DNA of 64,000 nucleotides from an uncultured bacterium (GCA_949292105.1 CASEYK010000028.1:5246-69245), one strand, 5' to 3'. Shown: positions 26,467 to 36,368, counted from the first letter of the stretch. The notes: generated by a model from the letters alone, not told the origin. Translations and numbers: made by a program.

Positions 26467-26988
26467 ATGGCCAAAGATATGAGAATTATCCTCATTAGTG
26501 GAGAAATTGATGAAAATGTTGCAATGGATGTCATTTTGCGTCTTTTGCTCTTAGACAAGCAATCCCACACTGAAGAAATTGTTATGTATATTAACTCGAG
26601 CGGCGGAAGTATTTTAAGCGGACTTGCCATATACGATGTCATTAATTACATTCAAGCTCCTGTCAGCACAGTATGCTTTGGCATGGCGGCATCGATGGGT
26701 GCCTTCTTATTATCTTGCGGTCAAAAGGGAAGAAGATTTGCTCTGGCGCATAGCCGCATTCTCATCCATCAACCATTGATTTATTCTTCTTCACCAGTTT
26801 TAAAAGCCCAATCATCTCTTGCTAGAATGGCTAAGCAAATTGAAAATAGCCGTCTTGAGTTAGAGAAGATTATGGCTAAAAATTTATCAAAAAGTTTTGA
26901 AGAGTTGCACCGCGACTGCGAGCGCGATAACTGGATGAGTGCTTTTGAAGCCAAAGAATATGGAATTATCGACAAAGTTTTAGAATAG
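26467..26988 (+). CDS. ClpP-family serine peptidase with an intact Ser-His-Asp triad and the roughly 22 N-terminal residues (axial gating loop) missing.
   Basis: Sequence GMAASMGAFLL (Ser), RILIHQPL (His), ERDNWMSAFEAKEYGIIDKV (Asp). It aligns end-to-end with canonical ClpP from position about 25 onward. A GAGG RBS lies 8 nt upstream. Confidence 0.75.
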   Translation: MAKDMRIILISGEIDENVAMDVILRLLLLDKQSHTEEIVMYINSSGGSILSGLAIYDVINYIQAPVSTVCFGMAASMGAFLLSCGQKGRRFALAHSRILIHQPLIYSSSPVLKAQSSLARMAKQIENSRLELEKIMAKNLSKSFEELHRDCERDNWMSAFEAKEYGIIDKVLE

Positions 26989-26998
26989 AGGTTTATTT

Positions 26999-29383
26999 AT
27001 GAATTGCATTTTTGATGTAGCGTTAAGCGGTGGTTGGCACTTTGCTATTGGAGTTGTTCTTGGCATCATTATTTTAGCTATTGCTTACATTATCTTAATG
27101 GTTGCTTACATCAAAACACGACAAAAATATTCAGGCAACAAATATTTGGTAGAAGTCTTGTATATCGTTGCTGTTCTCATCTTTAGTTTTGCTATTAAAT
27201 TAACAATTATCTCTATCGTGCTTCCAAAAAATATTGAAAGCGGCGTTACAGCCTTTTTCTATGCTTTGTATAACGGATTTGGAGGTTTGGTATTTGAAGG
27301 GTTGAGCGAGGATATTGGTATTATCTCAAGTGCTACTCTTCAATATTTATATACTGGCAGTTCTATTTTAGCTGCTATTATTTTTGTTAGCGTTTTAGCA
27401 ACACGTTTTAACTATGAGATATATAGTTACTTCTCGTTAGTTATTAATCGTTGCATTTTAAAAATACGTAAGAATAAAGATATTTATATCTTTAAATGTG
27501 TTACTAGCGATTCTCTTATATTGGCTAATTCAATTGTAGAAACATATCGTACAAAGGATGTTAAAAATAAAAAATGTTTAATTATCTTCACTGGTCAAAA
27601 TCTGCCTCCTTTTAATCGAAACGATGAGACGATGAAAGAGATTATGGCCAAAGGATACATTTATTGGCCTTATTCCTTATCACACGACAAAGAAAGAAAT
27701 AGATCAGTTTTATCCAAATTACATTTGTATGTTGATAATGAGCACTTTCAAAACAAAACTAATAAAACTTTTAGCAAAAACTATCCTTCAATTCATATTT
27801 TTGCTCTTGACAATAAAGACACAGTGGGAAAAGAGACAAACAACGCTGATGATATTTTTGAAGAGATTCAAATGATGGTTAAAGAATTTCATCGAAAGAA
27901 CAAATATTATCATGTTAATTTATATGTGCTGACGAACAACTATCTCAATTACATTTTCTACGACAAAAGGCTTGACGAAATATGCGGATTAAGACGCAGC
28001 GATAAAAATGGCGAATCCCAAACAATTCAAGAAAAGGCGATTCAAGCTGAAGCAGGAAATTTAAGACAGTATTTTTCCATTCATGTTCTCAATGAAGCAA
28101 ATTTAGTTTCTCGCGATTTTATCAATAAGAAAATCCAAGCATTTGAAAATGGTGGGATAGAAATGGTTGAAGAGCTTGACGGTGTAAGAGCTTATACAAA
28201 TACATATCGTGTATTAACGCTTGGTTTTGGCTATACCGGCCAGCAAGCAACTTTGCAAGCTTATATTAACTCAGCTAATCTTTCGACAAATTTTGAAATT
28301 GATGGATTTGAAGCAGACATTTTTGACACGAAAATGGATTCAATCAGCGGTATTTTTGCCCTTCAGCATCCTTTAATCGTTTGTTGCAATAACGATACCT
28401 CAGAAGAATTAGAAAAGAAAAAGCAGAGAATTATAAGTGAAAAAGCCAATTCTTATTTATCAAGAGGAATAAAAGATAATAAATGCTTTAAACTTCCTGT
28501 TTTCATTTTTCATAATGCCTCCTGTTTTAATCAAGATTTTGTTAAATTTTTGTACAAAGATGGCAACCATGTTTTAGCCAAAAAATACAATCTCATTATT
28601 ATTGCGCTCGGTGATGATGAGATAAATATTAGAGCTGCTAATGCGATTATTAATCGATTAAATCACGAAAGTGTTACAATAGAACAGCACAAGATTGTTG
28701 CTGTTAATATTATCAATCAAAAGAATATTTGCCGCCTCGATGAAGTAAAAAATAGTGATTATGTCCATGTCATCGCTTTTGGCTGCCGCGAAACAATTTA
28801 TTCATATGATTACATCATTAGAGAAGATGCATTTATGGAATATAATTTCCGCTATGGCGTTATCTTTGATGAAAAAAATCATATTTTAGGACCATCTAGT
28901 GGAGATAGTTTGTTAAATTCATTTGTCAAAAAGGTTATTTCAAATAAAAAACTATCTCTGAATAGTCAAGATTTGGATGATATTAATCAAACCCTCACTG
29001 ATAAATTTCGCACAAATGCAGATTATATCGTTGAGAAAAAATGGCAAATCAGTCTTTTCCAAAAACAGTCGAATGTTTTTGCCGCTTTATTCAAACCGAT
29101 AATGGCTTCTTTCATAAGGAGTTATCCTTCAGAAGATGAATTTAATAATAGTGCGGATTATCTTGTTGATAAATTTACATTCTTATCGTGCGTTGAACAT
29201 GAACGATGGTCAAGATTTTTGATAGCCAATGGTTGGGTTTATAGCCAAACAAGAATTGATTCAGCAAGAGAACACAACTGTTTGACAACTTTTTTTGAAC
29301 TTAATGCAACAGATAGGATAAATGATTTAATCAATGTCATTGTCGCTTTAAGTTTGGCAAAAGAAGGGATGAATAAAAAATGA
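26999..29383 (+). CDS. Polytopic membrane protein with Rossmann/RCK-like domains and a C-terminal RyR domain (paralog B).
   Basis: Five N-terminal hydrophobic helices. YRVLTLGFGYTGQQATL is GxGxxG-like. VEHERWSRFLIANGWVYSQ...REHNCLTTFFELNATDR is a clear RyR-domain signature. Confidence 0.55.
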   Translation: MNCIFDVALSGGWHFAIGVVLGIIILAIAYIILMVAYIKTRQKYSGNKYLVEVLYIVAVLIFSFAIKLTIISIVLPKNIESGVTAFFYALYNGFGGLVFEGLSEDIGIISSATLQYLYTGSSILAAIIFVSVLATRFNYEIYSYFSLVINRCILKIRKNKDIYIFKCVTSDSLILANSIVETYRTKDVKNKKCLIIFTGQNLPPFNRNDETMKEIMAKGYIYWPYSLSHDKERNRSVLSKLHLYVDNEHFQNKTNKTFSKNYPSIHIFALDNKDTVGKETNNADDIFEEIQMMVKEFHRKNKYYHVNLYVLTNNYLNYIFYDKRLDEICGLRRSDKNGESQTIQEKAIQAEAGNLRQYFSIHVLNEANLVSRDFINKKIQAFENGGIEMVEELDGVRAYTNTYRVLTLGFGYTGQQATLQAYINSANLSTNFEIDGFEADIFDTKMDSISGIFALQHPLIVCCNNDTSEELEKKKQRIISEKANSYLSRGIKDNKCFKLPVFIFHNASCFNQDFVKFLYKDGNHVLAKKYNLIIIALGDDEINIRAANAIINRLNHESVTIEQHKIVAVNIINQKNICRLDEVKNSDYVHVIAFGCRETIYSYDYIIREDAFMEYNFRYGVIFDEKNHILGPSSGDSLLNSFVKKVISNKKLSLNSQDLDDINQTLTDKFRTNADYIVEKKWQISLFQKQSNVFAALFKPIMASFIRSYPSEDEFNNSADYLVDKFTFLSCVEHERWSRFLIANGWVYSQTRIDSAREHNCLTTFFELNATDRINDLINVIVALSLAKEGMNKK

Positions 29384-30330
29384 GCGCTGAATTAAAAGTC
29401 TATTTTTTATTCGATGAAAATGAGAATTTGACTTTTGAAGAAATTCTAAAAAGTTTAAACAATTATTCAACTGAGGATATTTTTAATGCTATTAATATTT
29501 TGATTGGCAACAGATCATTAAAACTTGATGAAAATGGTTATTTTTCGCGAAATCAGCAAAACAAAGACGCCCAAAATAAATTTGTCCAAAAATTTTCTTC
29601 TCAAGGCATCACGATGTTTAAAAACAATTTATTTAGAACTGATTTGACCATTTTATCAGCTATTTATACTGGCGCGCCCATTGCCAAAAGCCTTCTTGAA
29701 AAAATAATCAAAGTTGATGCTAGGTCATTTCAATACTCTTTAAGTAAGTTGTGCAAATACGATTTAATAAAAGAATTCAATGGTCATTATTACTGTCGGC
29801 TTGATAAAAGTGTTATCTGTGATATCGCAAGTGCGTTCGATGAGCAAGTTGAAGGCGATAACGAAAATAATATTGATAGTATAAGTCCTCACATACAAAA
29901 ATTATTGAACTTGCTCAGCGATTTCCATAATGGAAAGAAAAAAATCAACCATGGTATCTTCAAAGCTGATATCGTTTTGTATTATAAAAACGGAGAAAAT
30001 ACTAGTCAAAGAGGTATTCGAGTTGATTCAAATGCGACAATTGCTGAAATAATTCGATATTATTTAATTGCTGAATGGGGAGAAAAAGAAACTTGTAATT
30101 TTTTTCATAAGTCGGATCTTGATACAAAACAGTTAGTAGAATCTAAAAATAATTATTTTTTAAGCGGTAGCGCATACTTTTTCGATGATGATAATGATGA
30201 ATTATTGGAACTGCATTGGGACGACAAGATTTTTGGTTCTAATGAACGGCTCGATTATCTTTTGCTACGAAATACCCATCCAATAATTCAACTCGATATT
30301 AAAGATATAGGAGAATGGACGGCAAAATGA
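29380..30330 (+). CDS. Hypothetical protein (316 aa).
   Basis: ORF whose start overlaps the upstream stop (ATGA). Confidence 0.4.
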   Translation: MSAELKVYFLFDENENLTFEEILKSLNNYSTEDIFNAINILIGNRSLKLDENGYFSRNQQNKDAQNKFVQKFSSQGITMFKNNLFRTDLTILSAIYTGAPIAKSLLEKIIKVDARSFQYSLSKLCKYDLIKEFNGHYYCRLDKSVICDIASAFDEQVEGDNENNIDSISPHIQKLLNLLSDFHNGKKKINHGIFKADIVLYYKNGENTSQRGIRVDSNATIAEIIRYYLIAEWGEKETCNFFHKSDLDTKQLVESKNNYFLSGSAYFFDDDNDELLELHWDDKIFGSNERLDYLLLRNTHPIIQLDIKDIGEWTAK

Positions 30331-30791
30331 AAAACATAAAAGAACAATTTAGACAATTTTTAAAAAGAAACAAACTTAATTTTGAAGAATCGGACGAAAA
30401 TTTTATTTTGCAGTGGACTTCAGAGGAAAACAGAGATCTTGATTCAACTTGCATGATTGAATTCGACTTAGATAGTAAAAGGATTTTTGTTCATTTTTTA
30501 TTTGCATTTACAATTGATGATTCTTTTTTACTTGAAACTGCGGTCGCTGTTTGCATGGTAAATAATTGCCTCTACGAAGGCAATTTTGAAATTATATTTG
30601 AAAATAATTCGGTGCTATTTAGAAATTGTTACCGATATAATGAGCAAGTTGATGACGATTTGTTTGAAACTGTTATATATAATGGTTTAAAAACATATGA
30701 TCCGTTTGTTTTAAAAATTAAAGAAGTATCTAACGGCGAATGCGGCATTAAAGAATTAGATGATTTTTTAAATGCTCCAAGCGAAGATTAG
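30315..30791 (+). CDS. Hypothetical protein (158 aa).
   Basis: ORF overlapping the upstream gene by 16 nt. It is translationally coupled. Confidence 0.4.
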   Translation: MDGKMKNIKEQFRQFLKRNKLNFEESDENFILQWTSEENRDLDSTCMIEFDLDSKRIFVHFLFAFTIDDSFLLETAVAVCMVNNCLYEGNFEIIFENNSVLFRNCYRYNEQVDDDLFETVIYNGLKTYDPFVLKIKEVSNGECGIKELDDFLNAPSED

Positions 30792-30794
30792 AAT

Positions 30795-32132
30795 ATGATT
30801 TCAAAGAGAAGTACTTGTTTTAAAAAAATCAATCCAAAACTTTTTTTGGATTATTCTTCTCTTTCTTCGAATAAATATTTATTTCCTTATAGTGGATCGT
30901 ATTTGCTAGCTAGGAAAATTTTCGACAATTTTGATAGATCTATAGATAGTGAAAAAATCCCTAGTATGCTCGAGAATATGCAAATAGCACTTAGCTTAAA
31001 TAATCCCTGCGCAATGTATAATACTGGCCTTCTTTTTGAACTAGGCATTGGCGTTCGCAAAGACGAAAAGATTGCTTTTGAACTATTCGAAGAAGCCAAA
31101 TTATTCAATAATTGTGATGCCGAATATGAAATAGCACTCAATTACTTTGATGGTACGCACTACGAGATAGATGAAAATAGAGGCATGGCTATTTTGTATA
31201 AACTATCGATTAGAGGACATCCAAACTCTTGTGGATTGTTGGGCGATTTGCTTTCTAAAAAGAATAATCCTAACAGCGTAGACATTGATGAGGTTTTTCA
31301 ACATTATTGCAATGCGGCTAGAGGCGGACTAGAAAAATACGCATATCGAGCTGCCTTCATATATTATTTTTTGCCTGCTGTTAATGCTGGATATGATCAG
31401 TCGATACTAATTGAACAACTTGCACCTAAGCTTTTTGAATTAGATGATAGTGAAGGATTATTTCTTAAAGGAGTATTTTCTCTTGGTGGCAAAAATTATC
31501 AAAAAGATATAGCGTTAGCTGAACAACTGTTGATTCAAAGTGCTGAAAAAGGTTGTGTTTACGCCCAAGTCTTTCTTGGTCAATTTTATCGAACTAATGA
31601 CTTTGACTTTCCAACCGATATCGAAAAATCGATCAAATATTTAAAAATGGCTGCAAAACAGAAAGATAATAGCGCAATTTTGAGCTTGGGAATTTATTAT
31701 TTAAAGTCAGACAATAACGATAAGAAAAAAGCATATGACTATTTTATGAGTTTCGAAGATGATTGTACCTTCTCCTATGAAAAATATTTTTCTTACAACT
31801 CAATATTCGGTGTTGGACACATCGATTATGTCGAGGAAGCTGTTTCATTTTACGAAAAAGAAGCAAACAACGGGAATGACGATGCAGCGTTTATTCTAGG
31901 CGCTATTTTTTATAATATGTGTATCTTCGATAAAGCATTCTCGTGTTTAAAAAGATTTAAAAAAAGCAACCATCCAAAAGGTTTGTTTTATTTGAGCTTA
32001 TGCTATTTTTATGGTTTAGGTATAAAAAAGAATTTATCTCCTGCAAAAAAATATTGTTCACAAGCCGTCATAGCTGGGAACAATTTTGCACAAGATTTGC
32101 TCAATATGATTGAAAATGAAATTAATGATTAA
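30795..32132 (+). CDS. Sel1/TPR-like repeat protein.
   Basis: Repeated A..lG..Y..G.GV.kD...A..w...AA-type units (AMYNTGLLFELGIGVRKDEKIAFELFEEAA, AQVFLGQFYRTNDF...SIKYLKMAA, and others). Confidence 0.55.
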   Translation: MISKRSTCFKKINPKLFLDYSSLSSNKYLFPYSGSYLLARKIFDNFDRSIDSEKIPSMLENMQIALSLNNPCAMYNTGLLFELGIGVRKDEKIAFELFEEAKLFNNCDAEYEIALNYFDGTHYEIDENRGMAILYKLSIRGHPNSCGLLGDLLSKKNNPNSVDIDEVFQHYCNAARGGLEKYAYRAAFIYYFLPAVNAGYDQSILIEQLAPKLFELDDSEGLFLKGVFSLGGKNYQKDIALAEQLLIQSAEKGCVYAQVFLGQFYRTNDFDFPTDIEKSIKYLKMAAKQKDNSAILSLGIYYLKSDNNDKKKAYDYFMSFEDDCTFSYEKYFSYNSIFGVGHIDYVEEAVSFYEKEANNGNDDAAFILGAIFYNMCIFDKAFSCLKRFKKSNHPKGLFYLSLCYFYGLGIKKNLSPAKKYCSQAVIAGNNFAQDLLNMIENEIND

Positions 32133-32139
32133 TTTAGGA

Positions 32140-33555
32140 TTAATTTATACCTTTTAGTAGATTTATTTGTCTCCATCCACCTTTTCGCCAGCGAATATAA
32201 AAGCCAATTCCGCGTACACATTCGTCGAGGCAAGCGCCAATAAAAGCACCATAAATACCTAATTTGAAGACGGTACATAGAAGTGCTGAAGCCCCGACTG
32301 TAAACACCCATGATGTGACGATAGAACTTATCACTGGAAATGCAATATCTCCAGCTGTCTCTAATCCTTTAACATAGACTAGATTAGTTGCTCTACCTTG
32401 CTCTAACACAACATTGATGCAAAGGCAAAAAACTGCAGTCAATCCGCAGTACATAAAATCCACATTATTGACATTGATTGTTGGGTTGTTTATTGCCGGA
32501 GTCATCAATGCTCCAAAAAGTGGATAAGAAATGCCTAGGACGATTAGTGACATGACAAAGGACACAATTTGTGCCATTTTACCCGTATCACAAACAAGTT
32601 TATAAACAGCTTCTTTATTTTGACTGCCCAAAAGATTACCTTCGATGACTTGCATAGCTATTCCGCTTCCGCTAGCGAACAAGTAAATAATGGAAGTGAT
32701 AGTCATAATATATGTTCTTAAATTTTGATCTAAAACTGTGCAAGAATAGTTGACAATAATCGCTAGAACAAATTGCGATAAATTGTACGATAAAGTTTCC
32801 CCGGCTGTTGGTAATCCAATCTTTAGTTGTTTTTTTAGGAGCAAGGACGGAAATGGTCGAAGCGATTTGAACGATATTCTCGCTCTAACAGTTATCTTAA
32901 AGAAAATATATGAAATAAGGCATGAAATAAATCGTGAAATCAGTATTGCCAAACCTACACCGATTAGTTGATCTTCAATATCGAGATTTGGAATTCCCCA
33001 AAGCACAATGGCACAAATGACAATATTGATAATGTTAGTAGCAAATGAAATAATGGTTGGCTGAACCATTTTTTTATTCGCCCGCAAAAAACTAGAAAAA
33101 GCCTGATTTAAAGAATAAAAAATAAGAGAAGGTGCTGAGATATATAAGTAGAGTTTAGCCAGCGGAATAATTCGTTTATCAACTTGCATCCAATCAAAGA
33201 TAAAAGGTGAAATGGCTAAAAGAATGCCACAGACAATTATTCCGATAAATAAATTCAAAAATAGTGTAAGAGGATAAATCTTTTTTACTCCTTCCTCATT
33301 ATCTGATCCTTTTAATTGTGTAATGAGAATAAGAGAGGATGTTGATAACACGCTAAACGCAACAATAAAGATATTGCTTATTTGATTCACTTGTCCGATG
33401 GCGTTGGTCGCTTGCGGTACACCAGCAAACATGAATTGATTAACATAGCCAATACCGACACCTAAAATAAGTTCGATAAAAACTGGAACAGCCAATTTGA
33501 TGACTTCTTTATTGCGGGAGAATAAGCTAAATAAAGGAAACTTTTGTTTTTTCAC
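32140..33555 (-). CDS. Multidrug efflux transporter, probably of the MATE family.
   Basis: About 470 aa with 12 predicted TM helices, arranged in the MATE-like 2x6 layout. Confidence 0.5.
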   Translation of the reverse strand: MKKQKFPLFSLFSRNKEVIKLAVPVFIELILGVGIGYVNQFMFAGVPQATNAIGQVNQISNIFIVAFSVLSTSSLILITQLKGSDNEEGVKKIYPLTLFLNLFIGIIVCGILLAISPFIFDWMQVDKRIIPLAKLYLYISAPSLIFYSLNQAFSSFLRANKKMVQPTIISFATNIINIVICAIVLWGIPNLDIEDQLIGVGLAILISRFISCLISYIFFKITVRARISFKSLRPFPSLLLKKQLKIGLPTAGETLSYNLSQFVLAIIVNYSCTVLDQNLRTYIMTITSIIYLFASGSGIAMQVIEGNLLGSQNKEAVYKLVCDTGKMAQIVSFVMSLIVLGISYPLFGALMTPAINNPTINVNNVDFMYCGLTAVFCLCINVVLEQGRATNLVYVKGLETAGDIAFPVISSIVTSWVFTVGASALLCTVFKLGIYGAFIGACLDECVRGIGFYIRWRKGGWRQINLLKGIN

Positions 33556-33668
33556 AAGTAATAATTCTATATTCTAAAATTAGAATAACAAGAGTATTTT
33601 ACATTTTATTTGCAAATTGTATTTCGCCATTTAATAAGTCGAGAAATATTTATAAAATATTAAGTGAT

Positions 33669-34484
33669 ATGAAATACGCTCTCATCTCAGGCGCCTCGAG
33701 CGGTTTAGCTAAAGAAGTAATTAATCTCATTAAAGATGATTATTATATTTTCGCTCTCGATATTAATCCAAAACTTTCACTAGAATTGGAACAATATAGC
33801 AATGTTGCCACTTTCAAAGTTGATGTGACAAATATGAGTGACATTCAACTCGCCAAAGCAGAGATTTTAAAAAAGACCGATAGACTTGATCTATTAATTA
33901 ATTTTGCTGGAATTGTTATTTTGGGTTCAACCGTGGAAATAGAGCCTGATAAAGCATTGAGATTAATGGATATCAATTTGTTTGGAATGTATAGAATGAA
34001 TCAAACTTTTTTCGACTTATTATTAAAAGCCAAAGGTCGCATTATCAATGTGTCGAGCGAATATGGTGTTTTAGACGCCATTCCGTTTCATAGTTTTTAT
34101 ACAATGAGTAAACACGCGGTGGAAATTTATAATGATTCGCTGAGACGTGAAGTTTCTTCATTGGGCGTAAAAGTCATTAAAATTAGACCAGGTGCTTTTA
34201 AGACCAAAATGCAAAATAATATTCAGAATCAATTCAACGAATTGACCAAAGAAACAAAATATTTCGAAAAGCCGTTATTTCGAATGAAATTTTTGATGGA
34301 TAAAGAACTCGTTAAGGCTAAAGATACTTCAAAAATTATTAAAACATTCCGCAAGGCAATTTATGCTAAACATCCAAAAGATGTCTATAATGTTAACAAC
34401 TCTTTTAAAATGAAACTATTGTCATGTCTTCCTTCTAAACTTCAAGATAAAATATACAAGCATTTTTTTAGCAATAAAGAATAG
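33669..34484 (+). CDS. Short-chain dehydrogenase/reductase (SDR).
   Basis: Sequence ISGASSGLAK is a TGxxxGxG-like cofactor motif. NVSS...YTMSKHAVE gives the catalytic Ser and YxxxK. Confidence 0.75.
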   Translation: MKYALISGASSGLAKEVINLIKDDYYIFALDINPKLSLELEQYSNVATFKVDVTNMSDIQLAKAEILKKTDRLDLLINFAGIVILGSTVEIEPDKALRLMDINLFGMYRMNQTFFDLLLKAKGRIINVSSEYGVLDAIPFHSFYTMSKHAVEIYNDSLRREVSSLGVKVIKIRPGAFKTKMQNNIQNQFNELTKETKYFEKPLFRMKFLMDKELVKAKDTSKIIKTFRKAIYAKHPKDVYNVNNSFKMKLLSCLPSKLQDKIYKHFFSNKE

Positions 34485-34594
34485 TTTAATTTTTTGTTGA
34501 TTGCAAAGTAGAGCTTGACATAATTCAAGTATGGACTTGGTAGAGCAAATACAAGACATTATTTTACAATTTTTCTCGAAAGGAGGAGAGATAG

Positions 34595-34927
34595 ATGAAA
34601 TTATCGGATAAAATTCGGATTATTCGAAAAGCAAGATGTTTAACACAAGAACAACTGGGATATCGTTTATCAAGGGTTAATGAAAACGGCATATCGCGTC
34701 AAACTATCTCCGATTGGGAAAATGGTAATTTTGAACCTAAATTAGAGAATATTAGAGATCTTGCAGATGCGTTAAATGTTTCATTTGACGCCTTGCTTGA
34801 CGAAACAATTAATTTAGACAATGATCAAGTTTTGCACAAAGTTTTAAACAAAGAAACTATTAATAAGACAGATAGTAATCAAATAAAAAGTTCTATCAAC
34901 TATTCATTGGCTGTTATTATTTTTTAA
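34595..34927 (+). CDS. XRE-family HTH transcriptional regulator.
   Basis: Sequence LTQEQLGYRL...ISRQTISDWENG is a HTH_3 signature. A GGAGG RBS precedes it. Confidence 0.75.
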   Translation: MKLSDKIRIIRKARCLTQEQLGYRLSRVNENGISRQTISDWENGNFEPKLENIRDLADALNVSFDALLDETINLDNDQVLHKVLNKETINKTDSNQIKSSINYSLAVIIF

Positions 34928-34971
34928 AAAGCGATGTCATTTGGATTATTTTAGCAGTTGTCTTCGATGCT

Positions 34972-35379
34972 TTGGCCATTGTTTTACTAATATGTTTGTT
35001 TCTCAGAAGTGGCGAAAAGTTTGAAATTTATCATTGGTTTTTGCTATTTGGAGCATCGATATCAACTGGACTTGGCATTATATCAACTGCTCGAGTTCCT
35101 TTTTGTGTTAGAAATATTGTCTATGGTCGTGTTTCAACCAATTGTGGAAAATTAACCAATGATTGTTTAAAAATAGTAAGCACTTCTGTAGCAATTAAAA
35201 CAACTACAATTCCTTTTAATAAAATCGTCAAAATAGATGTTGACCATAAAGCCAACAAAAGGCATGGTACAATATTTGTTTATCTTACAGACAGGGACGA
35301 TCCAATTGTGTTAAAAGAAATCAAAAATCCTTATCGTTTAATCGAAACATACAATAGTATATTAAATACTATTAAATAA
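34972..35379 (+). CDS. Small membrane protein (2 TM helices + a soluble domain), function unknown.
   Basis: ORF immediately downstream of the XRE regulator. It has a TTG start, so the true start is uncertain. Confidence 0.35.
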   Translation: MAIVLLICLFLRSGEKFEIYHWFLLFGASISTGLGIISTARVPFCVRNIVYGRVSTNCGKLTNDCLKIVSTSVAIKTTTIPFNKIVKIDVDHKANKRHGTIFVYLTDRDDPIVLKEIKNPYRLIETYNSILNTIK

Positions 35380-35409
35380 TTTTATCCTATAGTTTATCTT
35401 TCTTTTTCC

Positions 35410-35619
35410 TTGTTAGGAGGAAAATTTATGATATCTGAATCGGCTTATTATATCGCGATTGCGTTAGGTTGTATTAACACTATTTTTTCAGCAGTTGCTT
35501 GCCCAATTATTGCATATCAAAAGGGAAGAAGCGTTGCCGGATGGTTTTTTGGAGGCTTACTTTTAGGTTTTATTGGTCTTATCATTGTGGCGTGTTTACC
35601 TAAAACTATTTCTAAATAG
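35410..35619 (+). CDS. Small membrane protein (69 aa, 2 TM helices).
   Basis: A GGAGG RBS lies 7 nt upstream of the ATG. Confidence 0.35.
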   Translation: MLGGKFMISESAYYIAIALGCINTIFSAVACPIIAYQKGRSVAGWFFGGLLLGFIGLIIVACLPKTISK

Positions 35620-35675
35620 TAGTTTTCCTAATATAATGTTTTAATAGTAGTAAAATATTTATATTAAGGAAATTT

Positions 35676-36368
35676 GTGAAAAAAAATTTATTGTGTCTAT
35701 TATTTATTGTACTATTAACTAGTTGCGGTATTTCTTCTTCCATAGATGAAAGTTCTCAAGAAGAAAGCTCTTCTCTCGAATCATCTGAATCAAATGAACA
35801 ATCTTCTGAAATTGAAAGTAGTAGCGAGGATTCTAATCTTATTTTTTACAAAGATTTTAGTGGTTACGAGGACGATAGCTTGCCATTTTTTCAAGAAGGA
35901 TATTCAACAGCTAATTCAAAATTCGGCTCAAATTATATTAATCTTATTGATCCTAATGGTTATGTCAGAACATGTGATATTGATCATTTAACCGATCAAA
36001 TGAATATTACCATGTATGCTCATCTTACCAATCTTGAAAGTTTAAATGAAACAGCGCTTAATAAAGTGTTTTCTTACAAAGTCGAAGCTATTGATTATTA
36101 TCTAGATGATAGTGGATTTAGCCATTACGATGTTATTGATACATATGAGTTTTCTCATACTCTTACAGCTGATGATATTATAAATAATTCCGTTCCCGGC
36201 ATCCCTTCCTATAGCGTTGATTTTTCTAATGAACCTATTTCTTTTACGCTTAACGGAAATGGAGCAAATAAAATTTTGATTACTATGACTTCCAAAATTG
36301 AATTTACTGCCGATGGAAAAAACGCCGGATCTAATTTTGCAATTCATAGCATCGAAATCACTAAATAA
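35676..36368 (+). CDS. Lipoprotein.
   Basis: Signal peptide + LTSC lipobox (MKKNLLCLLFIVLLTSCG), then a Ser/Glu-rich linker. Confidence 0.6.
   Translation: MKKNLLCLLFIVLLTSCGISSSIDESSQEESSSLESSESNEQSSEIESSSEDSNLIFYKDFSGYEDDSLPFFQEGYSTANSKFGSNYINLIDPNGYVRTCDIDHLTDQMNITMYAHLTNLESLNETALNKVFSYKVEAIDYYLDDSGFSHYDVIDTYEFSHTLTADDIINNSVPGIPSYSVDFSNEPISFTLNGNGANKILITMTSKIEFTADGKNAGSNFAIHSIEITK

Noticed and set aside
25909-26988. ClpP-like genes as a phage prohead (S14-type) protease or prophage remnant.
   Set aside because: The sequences track canonical cellular ClpP motif by motif, and no capsid, terminase or portal genes are nearby.
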